This document shows, piece by piece, positions 55,528 to 64,000 of a stretch of DNA of 64,000 bases. Position 1 is the stretch's first letter. Each line of letters begins with the position of its first letter. The position numbers and the translations under genes were made by a program. The notes beneath the pieces were generated by a model that was not told the origin of the DNA, did no database searches, and saw only the letters and a list, made by a program, of their open reading frames with translations. The DNA comes from an uncultured Gemmatimonadales bacterium (GTDB lineage: Bacteria; Gemmatimonadota; Gemmatimonadetes; Gemmatimonadales; JACORV01), in NCBI GenBank assembly GCA_963835535.1, contig CAWIFL010000013.1:3046-67045 (forward strand). Direction: 5' to 3'.

Positions 55528-57285
55528 ATGGGCCAGTCCATGGGGATGCTCGACTTCTTCGTGCTCGAGGCCGGTGAATACCTCGAGCGCCTCGACGCGC
55601 TGGCCCAGGCGCCCGCCGGTCCCTTCCCCAATGCCGACGAATTCGTCCGCATCGCCCGCGCCTGGCGCGGCGGGGCGCTCATGGCGTCCCAGCAGCCGAT
55701 GGCGCGCGCCGCCCAGGGGCTGGAGGCGGCCGGCCGCGCGCTCAAGGACGGCCGGGTGGCGTGGGACGAGGGGGTGCGCGGCGAGATCATCCGCGCGGTG
55801 GACGACTGCAAGAAGCACCTGCACCGCATCCGCACGCCGGCGCCGGAGGACGCCCCACGGGCCGAGGAGATCGGCGCCGCGCTGGAGCGCCTCGCGGGGC
55901 GCACCTCCACGGGCGCGCGAGCGGCCGCCGGCGGTCTGGACGCGGGGGGCCGCGCCTTCGTAGCCCGCGAAGCCGCCGCGATCGCCAGCGCGCTCGATCG
56001 CGCGGCGCAGGCGCTGACGGCGGACCGCGCGGCGCGCGACGCGCTGGGCGGCGTCCCTCCCGCCATGTCGGCGCTGCGCGGCGTGGCGGTGCTGAACGAC
56101 CTCCCGCCGCTCGGCGACCTCCTGACCGCCGTGGACGGCGCACTCAAGGAAGTCTTCGCGACGTCGGGGGCGGTCGCGCCGGCGGTGCCGGCGGTCTTCG
56201 ACGCGGCGGCGAAGGCGCTGGCGCGGGCGGCGCGCGAGGTCGTGGACGTGGGCCGCCCGGCTCTGGACAGCGCCCAGGCCGGCGCGTTCGCGACGGCGCT
56301 GCTCGGCGCCTTCGCCGGCACGGGCCAGATCCTGCCGATCGAGGCGCTGTTCTACGACGACGCGGGTCCGCACGTGGTCCGTCCGGGAGAAGCGCCCTCC
56401 CCGCTCTCACGCCTCGAGCTGGTCGGCCATGGCGAGTTCCTGGAGCGCGCCGCCGACGAGCTGGCGCGCGCGGCCTCGCCGGTGGTCCGCGACCTCCGGC
56501 TGTTCACAATGGCGGCGTCGCTGCGGCCGCTGGGGGGCGCCGGAGGCCCGCCCGTCGCGCTCTCGCTGGGGCGCTTCGCCGACGCGGGGCGCACCGCGAT
56601 CGAACGGGGCGCGGCCGGCGCCGACGTGGAGGCCTTCGCCGCTGCCGTGGCCGACGCCGCTCGCGCGCTTCGCACCGTCCAGACGGGCGACGAGGCGCCG
56701 GTCGTCGCGCGGCTGGAGACCGCCATCGGACGGCTCGGCGCCAGCGCCGGCACGGTCGCCGCGCCGGCGCCGCCCGCGCACAAGCGGACCACGCGCGTCG
56801 TGCCGGAGCTGGCCGAGATGCCGGCGCATGGCGTGCCGGCCGCCGCCCCTGCCGCGGACGACGAGCGCGATCTCGCCTGGGCTTTCGCGTCGATGGAGCG
56901 GCTCGTCACCGAGCGTGGCGTCCCGCTCGGTTCGCTCGAGGAGCTACTCGGCGCGCCGACCGTGGCCTCGACCGCCCCTGCTGACGAGCGGGACGTGGTG
57001 GACATCGAGTCCCTGGCGCCGGACCAGGACGAGGCGGTGGTGCCGATCGAATCTCTGGCTCCAGACGAGGACGAGGGGGTGGTCCCGATCGAGTCCTTGG
57101 CGCCGGAGGAGAACGTCGTCCCGATCGAAACCCTCCTCTACAACGGCCAGGCCGCGCTGCGTCGCGCCCTCGAGCTCAAGGCCGAGGTGGCCGCGCTTGC
57201 GGCCTCACCCGGCCAGGCGTCGGCCCGGCTGTACGAGCTTCAGCGCGAGGTGTTCGATCTCGTCGAGCTTGGACTCAGCGCCTAG
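55528..57285 (+). CDS. hypothetical protein with acidic 14-aa tandem repeats near the C-terminus
   Basis: ORF 55528..57285(+), 585 aa. The N-terminal ~100 aa are helical (possibly a degenerate Hpt-like domain; a guess only). An Ala-rich middle follows. Then VVDIESLAPDQDEA / VVPIESLAPDEDEG / VVPIESLAPEEN / VVPIETLLY. Confidence 0.65.
   Translation: MGQSMGMLDFFVLEAGEYLERLDALAQAPAGPFPNADEFVRIARAWRGGALMASQQPMARAAQGLEAAGRALKDGRVAWDEGVRGEIIRAVDDCKKHLHRIRTPAPEDAPRAEEIGAALERLAGRTSTGARAAAGGLDAGGRAFVAREAAAIASALDRAAQALTADRAARDALGGVPPAMSALRGVAVLNDLPPLGDLLTAVDGALKEVFATSGAVAPAVPAVFDAAAKALARAAREVVDVGRPALDSAQAGAFATALLGAFAGTGQILPIEALFYDDAGPHVVRPGEAPSPLSRLELVGHGEFLERAADELARAASPVVRDLRLFTMAASLRPLGGAGGPPVALSLGRFADAGRTAIERGAAGADVEAFAAAVADAARALRTVQTGDEAPVVARLETAIGRLGASAGTVAAPAPPAHKRTTRVVPELAEMPAHGVPAAAPAADDERDLAWAFASMERLVTERGVPLGSLEELLGAPTVASTAPADERDVVDIESLAPDQDEAVVPIESLAPDEDEGVVPIESLAPEENVVPIETLLYNGQAALRRALELKAEVAALAASPGQASARLYELQREVFDLVELGLSA
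56995..57138 (+). repeat. in-frame 42-nt tandem repeat, about 3.5 copies
   Basis: Units at 56995-57036, 57037-57078, 57079-57114 (36 nt) and 57115-57138 (partial). The copies differ mainly at third codon positions. Confidence 0.85.
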
Positions 57286-58339
57286 CAGCCCCGGCCCGCC
57301 GAAGGCGCCGCACCGGACGCGCGGCCGCGGCCGGCTGTGGCAGGGCCTGGCCGGCGTCGCCATTTCGATCGTCTTCCTCTACTGGGCGCTCCGGGGCGTC
57401 TCGCCCGCCGCCTTCTTCCGCGAGTTGCGCCGCGCCAACCTCTGGCTCTTCCTGGCCTCCGCCGCGGTGGCGACGCTCACCTTCCCCGCGCGCGCCTCGC
57501 GGTGGCGCATCATCCTGGCCGCGCGGAGCGCCGGCGTGCGCTGGAAGCCCGTCTGGCACGCCACGGCCATCGGCTTCATGGCCAACAACGTCCTCCCGGC
57601 CCGCGCGGGCGAGCTGGCCCGCGCCTACGCCGGCTCGCGCCTCGTGGGGCTCCCCTTCGCCGCGTCGCTCGGCTCCGTCGCGGTCGAGCGCGTCTTCGAC
57701 GGCCTGATCGTCGTCCTGTTGATGACCGTGGCCATCGCCTTGGCCGACTTCCCGACGGCCGTCACGCTCGGCTCCACCAGCGTCTCCACGATCGCCGGGT
57801 GGATGGGCGCCGCGTTCATCCTGGTCCTGGCGTTCCTGTTCGTGCTGGTACACGCCCCTCGCGAAGGCCTGGCCTGGGTCGCCGCCGCGCTGCGCCGCGC
57901 CCTGCCCGCGCCCGCCGCCGAGTGGATCGTGCGGGTCACGCGCGGCTTCATCGAGGGCCTGTCCATCCTGCGGGCGCCGCGCGACTTCGCGCGGGTGGTC
58001 ATCTGGTCGCTCGCGGTCTGGCTCATCAACGGGGCGGCGTTCTACCTCGGCTTCCTCGCCTTCCACATCAACGGCCTGCCGCTCACGTCGCCGCTGCTCC
58101 TGCAGGGGATCGTCGCGATCGGCGTCGCCATCCCGTCGTCGCCGGGGTTCTTCGGCCTGTTCGAGGCGGGGTCCCGCGTCTCGCTCGGGCTCTACGGCGT
58201 GCCGGGCGTCGCCGCGGCGAGCTTCGCCCTCGGCACGCATCTCGGGTGGTTCGTGCCGATCACCGCCATCGGCCTCTTCCACCTGGCGCGCTCCGGTCTC
58301 TCGCTCCACGACATCACCGGGCCGGAGCCGGCGCGGTGA
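57269..58339 (+). CDS. flippase-like membrane protein (UPF0104 / lysylphosphatidylglycerol-synthase TM-region family)
   Basis: Tail of ORF 56429..58339(+). There are about 8 TM helices. Pattern: W..LR...F....L.G...N...PAR.GE..R. The start is tentatively TTG 57269, the first canonical start in frame; it overlaps the upstream gene by 17 nt. Confidence 0.7.
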   Translation: MDSAPSSPGPPKAPHRTRGRGRLWQGLAGVAISIVFLYWALRGVSPAAFFRELRRANLWLFLASAAVATLTFPARASRWRIILAARSAGVRWKPVWHATAIGFMANNVLPARAGELARAYAGSRLVGLPFAASLGSVAVERVFDGLIVVLLMTVAIALADFPTAVTLGSTSVSTIAGWMGAAFILVLAFLFVLVHAPREGLAWVAAALRRALPAPAAEWIVRVTRGFIEGLSILRAPRDFARVVIWSLAVWLINGAAFYLGFLAFHINGLPLTSPLLLQGIVAIGVAIPSSPGFFGLFEAGSRVSLGLYGVPGVAAASFALGTHLGWFVPITAIGLFHLARSGLSLHDITGPEPAR

Positions 58340-59229
58340 CGCCGCCCGTGCGGGTGTGCGCGCGCGCCTGCGCGAAGGTCAACCTCTGGCTGCGGGTCTT
58401 CGGGCGGGACGCCAAGGGCTATCACGCCATCGAGTCGCTCTTCCAGCTCGTCAGCCTCGCCGACGACCTGGTCGTCGAGCGCGCGGCGGACGCTGTGACG
58501 CTGGTCGGGGCCCCGCCCGAGCTGGGCAGCAGCGCCGAGAACCTGATCGTGCGCGCCGCGACGCGGTTCCTGGCGGCGGCGCGGACGCCGGGGGGCGTGC
58601 GGATCGCGCTGACCAAGCGGATCCCGTGGAACGCCGGGCTGGGCGGGGCGTCGAGCGACGCCGCGGCGACGCTCGCCTCGCTGAACCGCCTGTTCGGCGG
58701 GCCGCTCTCGGCGGGCGACCTGCTCGAGCTGGCGGCGAGCCTGGGGAGCGACGTGCCGTTCTTCCTGTCGGGCAGCGCCCTCGCGCTGGGATGGGGCCGC
58801 GGCGAGCGGCTGCTCGCCCTGCCCCCGCTGCCGCCCCGGCCGATGCTGGTGGTGCCGCCGCCGGCGCCGGTGCGCACGGCGGACGCGTACGCGTGGATCG
58901 ACCGGGACCGCGGCGCCGAGCACACCGGGGAATTCGCCGCCGTCTTCCGCCCCGAGGCCTTCAGCACGTGGGCCGCGGTGTCGAGCCATTCGCACAACGA
59001 CTTCGAGTCGGTGGTGGCGGGCCATCTCCCCGAGATCGGGCACTGGCTCGACCGGCTGCGCGCGACGGAGGCGCTGCTGGTGCGCCTGGCAGGGAGCGGC
59101 GGCGCGCTCGTCGCGCTGTACGAGACCGCGCAGGCGCGGGACGCCGCGTGGTCGAGGCTCGGATCGGATCCCGCGATGGCGCGCGCCGAGACACTCACGG
59201 CGCCGCCGCCCCTGGTGGACGAGGCCTAG
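58336..59229 (+). CDS. ispE: 4-(cytidine 5'-diphospho)-2-C-methyl-D-erythritol kinase
   Basis: Tail of ORF 57337..59229(+) from VTPPVRVCARACAKVNLWLRV. Motifs: KRIPWNAGLGGASSDAAATL (GHMP motif), GSDVPFFL. GTG 58336 overlaps the upstream stop (GTGA). Confidence 0.9.
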   Translation: MTPPVRVCARACAKVNLWLRVFGRDAKGYHAIESLFQLVSLADDLVVERAADAVTLVGAPPELGSSAENLIVRAATRFLAAARTPGGVRIALTKRIPWNAGLGGASSDAAATLASLNRLFGGPLSAGDLLELAASLGSDVPFFLSGSALALGWGRGERLLALPPLPPRPMLVVPPPAPVRTADAYAWIDRDRGAEHTGEFAAVFRPEAFSTWAAVSSHSHNDFESVVAGHLPEIGHWLDRLRATEALLVRLAGSGGALVALYETAQARDAAWSRLGSDPAMARAETLTAPPPLVDEA

Positions 59230-59232
59230 ACG

Positions 59233-60744
<1,512 letters not shown>

Positions 60745-60774
60745 CCGGCCGCCTCGGCCGGAGGACGTCGTCTC

Positions 60775-63612
60775 ATGACGGCGCTGCTGGACCGACTGCG
60801 TGACGCGCTCGCCCCCGACTACGAGGTCGAGCGCGAGCTGGCGAGCGGGGGCATGGGCGTGGTCTTCCTCGGCCGCGACGTCGCCCTGGATCGCCGGGTC
60901 GCGATCAAGATCATCAAGCCCGAGCTGGCCACCGCGACGGCGGCGGAGCGGTTCATCCGCGAGGCGAGGATCCTCGCGAGCCTCAACCATCCCAACGTCA
61001 TCCCGGTCCACCGGGCCGGCGAATCGCGCGGCCTTTTCTACTACGTGATGGAGTACCTCGAGGCGGAGACGATGGCCGACCGTCTCGCCCGCGGCGCGCT
61101 CCCCGCCGCCGAGGCCGTCGCCGTCGCCCGCGACGTGCTCTCCGCCCTCGAGGCGGCGCACGGGCGCGGCGTCGTGCATCGCGACGTCAAGCCGGCCAAC
61201 ATCTTCGTCCTCAAGGGCCGCGCGGTCCTCGCCGACTTCGGCATCGCGAAGGACACCGCCGCGACCGGCCCCGGCCTGACCGGCGACGGACGGGTCGTCG
61301 GGAGCCCGGGCTACATGTCCCCGGAGCAGATGGCCGGCGGCGACATCGGCATCGCGACGGACCTCTATGCCGTGGGCCTCGTCCTCTACGAGGCGCTCAC
61401 GGGCGAGAACTGGCCGCTGCTCATCGAGCTCTCGAGCGCCAACTGGTCGCGCGTGCCGCCCGGGCTCGTCCCGGTGCTGCGGCGTGCGCTGGCCTGGCGC
61501 GCCGCGGACCGCTGGCACAGTGCGGCCGCGTTCCGTCGCGCCCTGTCACCGGCGCGCGCGCGCCGCTGGTCCCGCGCGAGCTGGGCCGCAGCGGCGCTGG
61601 TGGTCGTGGCCGCCGCGCTGACCGTGGACCATCTGGTGCGGCCCCCGCCCTCCGGCGTCTCCACGCTGCGCATTCGCGTGCGCCCGTTCGCGCTCCGGGG
61701 GCCGCAGGCGCCGGCCCAGCCGGGGGATTCGCTCGCCGCCGTGCTGGTGCGGAGCCTCGGCGGCAGCCCCGACTTCACGGCCGTCGTGGACCGCGGAGCC
61801 GCGCAGCCGCCGGGAGCCGCGCTCACGCTCACCGGCGCGGGAGAGACGGCTCCCGACGGGATGCTCCTCCTGACGCTCGCGTCCGACACGATCGAGGGGA
61901 TCGGAGGGTCGCTGCACGCCGAGGCGCGCGGCCCCGCCGGCGAGTGGCGCACGCTCGTGGGCGATTCGCTGGCGTACCAGCTGCTGGTGCAGCTCTGGAG
62001 CCTCCGCGGCGGGAAGCTCGCCGCCAGCCTGCCGATCCACGCGCTCCCGCGCACCTCGCGCGGGCTGGCCGCCTGGATCGCCGCCGACCGCCTCTTCGCG
62101 CACGCGCAGTGGAACGCCGCCTACGACGCCTACACGGAGGCGATCGCGGAGGATTCCACCTGCCTCCTCTGCCGGGTCCGCCTCACCGACGTCGGGCGGT
62201 GGCTCGGCAAGGACCAGGGCAGCGCGCAGACCGCGCGCTATCGAGCCGCCCTCGACTCCTTCCCCCCGCACTACCGGCGCATCATCGAGGCGAGCTTCGC
62301 GCCGCACGAGCGGCGGGTGCCGCTGCTGGACGACGCGGCAACGCAGTTCAGCGACTTCGGGCTCGCGTGGTTCGTCAAGGGCGACGAGACGTTCCACCGC
62401 GGGCCGCTGGATGGCTACCGGCGGCACGACGCGCTCGCGGCGATGCAGCGGGCGACGGCGCTGTGGCCCGACTTCGCCCCCGCCTGGGAGCATCTCGCCT
62501 GGATCGCGATCGGTGAAGGGGATTCGACGCTGGCGCATCAGGCGCTGGATAGCCTGAGCCGCGTCAGCGGGCAGGACCCGTTCGAAGCCGAGATCCGCAC
62601 GCTGCTCGACGTCTGCTACCGCTGGCGATTCGCGCCGCCGGACCAGGCCGCGCGGTACTCCCGGGGCCTGCTGGCCGACCCGCGCATCCTGCAGATCCCC
62701 GATCTCGGCGCCGGCGCGCGGTACATGATGACGTGCGACGCACCACGGGGTTCGGTCTGGCTCGGCGAGGCGTTTCAGCATCTGGGGCGCGCGGATCTGG
62801 AGAGCGACGGCCTGTTCGCCGAGCTGTACGGCTATCTCGCACTCGGGCGGCCGGACTCCGCGCGCGCCGTGGCCGCGCGGCTCCGCTCGCGCGCCACGGG
62901 ACCGGAGGCGGCGCTGCCGCTGGCCGAGCTGCCGGGCGTGCTGCTGCTGGCCGATTCCGCCGACGCCGCCGCTCTCGCGCGAGCGTGGCCCGACGTGCGC
63001 CGCGGCCTCGAGCAGTTCACGGCGGCGGAGGCGGGCGGCGCTGCGCTCGCGCGGCGAGCCGCGTGGCTGCTGGCCCTGCTGGCCAGACGGGCCGGCGATA
63101 CCGCGGCGGCGCGGCGGTTCGCGAGGCGCCTGGACGACGAGCCGCCGCCGCGCCCGTTCGCGACGCTGGTGGACCTCGATGCGGCCGCGGCCGCCGGCCG
63201 GCTGGGCACCGCGCTGCGCGGCAGCGTTCCGCTGCTCGCGCTCGATTCCGCCGGGCAGGCCGGCGACCCATTCTACCGGGCGCTGCTCCACCTGATGCGC
63301 GCCCAGTGGCACGCCGCCCTCGGGGACACCTCGGCGGCCGTGCGGGACCTCAGGTGGCACGAGAACAACGACCTCAGGACGGTGACGTACCCGGCGCCCG
63401 GGGCGGAGTCGGCGGAGATCGACTGGGCGCTCGGCACGCTCGCCCGCTGGCGGCGCGCGCGGCTGCTGGATGCCGCGACCGGTGACGCCGAGGCGTGCTC
63501 GTGCTACGCCGCGGTGGCGCGCCTGTGGAGCGGCGGCGAGGCGGCGTTCTCCGCGCGGGCCGACACGGCGCGGCGGCGATTCGCGGCGCTCGGCTGCGGG
63601 AGGAGCCGGTGA
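60775..63612 (+). CDS. Ser/Thr protein kinase with one TM segment and a large TPR-like C-terminal domain
   Basis: ORF 60775..63612(+), 945 aa. Motifs: GGMGVVF, VAIK, HRDVKPANI, DFG, SPGYMSPE. TM segment: WAAAALVVVAAALTV. The C-terminal ~650 aa are helical-repeat-like. Confidence 0.9.
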   Translation: MTALLDRLRDALAPDYEVERELASGGMGVVFLGRDVALDRRVAIKIIKPELATATAAERFIREARILASLNHPNVIPVHRAGESRGLFYYVMEYLEAETMADRLARGALPAAEAVAVARDVLSALEAAHGRGVVHRDVKPANIFVLKGRAVLADFGIAKDTAATGPGLTGDGRVVGSPGYMSPEQMAGGDIGIATDLYAVGLVLYEALTGENWPLLIELSSANWSRVPPGLVPVLRRALAWRAADRWHSAAAFRRALSPARARRWSRASWAAAALVVVAAALTVDHLVRPPPSGVSTLRIRVRPFALRGPQAPAQPGDSLAAVLVRSLGGSPDFTAVVDRGAAQPPGAALTLTGAGETAPDGMLLLTLASDTIEGIGGSLHAEARGPAGEWRTLVGDSLAYQLLVQLWSLRGGKLAASLPIHALPRTSRGLAAWIAADRLFAHAQWNAAYDAYTEAIAEDSTCLLCRVRLTDVGRWLGKDQGSAQTARYRAALDSFPPHYRRIIEASFAPHERRVPLLDDAATQFSDFGLAWFVKGDETFHRGPLDGYRRHDALAAMQRATALWPDFAPAWEHLAWIAIGEGDSTLAHQALDSLSRVSGQDPFEAEIRTLLDVCYRWRFAPPDQAARYSRGLLADPRILQIPDLGAGARYMMTCDAPRGSVWLGEAFQHLGRADLESDGLFAELYGYLALGRPDSARAVAARLRSRATGPEAALPLAELPGVLLLADSADAAALARAWPDVRRGLEQFTAAEAGGAALARRAAWLLALLARRAGDTAAARRFARRLDDEPPPRPFATLVDLDAAAAAGRLGTALRGSVPLLALDSAGQAGDPFYRALLHLMRAQWHAALGDTSAAVRDLRWHENNDLRTVTYPAPGAESAEIDWALGTLARWRRARLLDAATGDAEACSCYAAVARLWSGGEAAFSARADTARRRFAALGCGRSR

Positions 63613-64000
63613 TCCACTGCCGCACCCTCGGGCCCGTGGCGGTGACGGTGGACGGTGCCGAGCCGCCGCCCGAGCTCCTCTGGCGCAAGCACCTCGGGTT
63701 GCTGGTCTACCTCGCGCGCTCGCCGCACCGCACCCGGACGCGGGAGCACCTGATCGGCGTCCTGTGGGGCGACCGCCCGGAGAGCGCCGCGCGGCATTCC
63801 CTGCGCGAGGCCGTGCACGTCCTGCGCGGCGCGGTGGGCGAGGCGGGCATGGACGCCGAGGGTGAGCAGGTCCGCCTGGCCGACGGTGCGGTGGAGCTCG
63901 ACGTGGACCGGCTCGAGGCGCTCGCGGGCCGCGGCGACTGGGCGGGCGCGTCGGCGCTGGCGGGCGGCGAGTTCCTGGAAGGCTTCAGCATCCCCGACGC
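63609..64000 (+). CDS. SARP/AfsR-type (winged-helix + BTAD) transcriptional regulator, N-terminal part; runs off the window end
   Basis: Not in the ORF track (no stop). Manual translation from GTG 63609 (GTGA overlap with the kinase stop): VIHCRTLGPVAVTVDGAEPPPELLWRKHLGLLVYLARSPHRTRTREHLIGVLWGDRPESAARHSLREAVHVLRGAVG..VELDVDRLEAL. This is the typical SARP N-terminal pattern. Confidence 0.7.
   Translation, partial: MIHCRTLGPVAVTVDGAEPPPELLWRKHLGLLVYLARSPHRTRTREHLIGVLWGDRPESAARHSLREAVHVLRGAVGEAGMDAEGEQVRLADGAVELDVDRLEALAGRGDWAGASALAGGEFLEGFSIPD

Overview
High-GC (roughly 70% by eye) bacterial chromosomal segment. It is densely coding and mostly housekeeping. A Gemmatimonadota-like origin is my guess from gene content only (inference). 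Genes recognised: thiL-nnr-amrB-(TIGR04138-like)-lon-hsp20 on the minus strand; glyA; a Leu/fatty-acid catabolic block (Leu dehydrogenase, acyl-CoA dehydrogenase, hbd, bioY, thiolase); four aminoacyl-tRNA synthetases (thrS, valS, and glnS-gltX as a coupled pair); selA; gmhB; purN and purH separated by two secreted M42-like paralogs; two tRNA-Ser genes; amt plus a porin; pdxJ; ispE; hutH; a Ser/Thr kinase followed by a SARP/BTAD regulator; and a long translationally coupled minus-strand operon (trxA, unknown, rsmI, DUF4159, DUF4175-like, TPR, TAT-secreted protein, JAB-DinG helicase). No rRNA, CRISPR array, transposase, integrase or phage genes were seen. Most long ORFs in the six-frame track are alternative-frame high-GC artefacts (Arg/Ala/Gly/Pro-rich) or are over-extended at the 5' end. 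I reset starts using homology onset, SD motifs and the very frequent 4-nt GTGA/ATGA stop-start overlaps. Most unusual observations: (1) an identical in-frame octamer array (ACGCACGG)x4 at the 5' ends of two unrelated secreted-protein genes on opposite strands, plus a third octamer array inside selA; (2) a 158-nt palindromic array of GTGAGAGG/CCTCTCAC units between the DinG-like and FAH genes; (3) a 25-codon relic of the gltX 5' end wedged between tRNA-Ser(GCU) and glnS; (4) five apparent indel-type disruptions (bioY start, porin twice, MOSC gene, helicase C-terminus), two at homopolymers, which could be assembly error or real decay; (5) a RadC-like JAB domain fused to a DinG helicase. All family calls come from reading the translations by eye; no database search was run.
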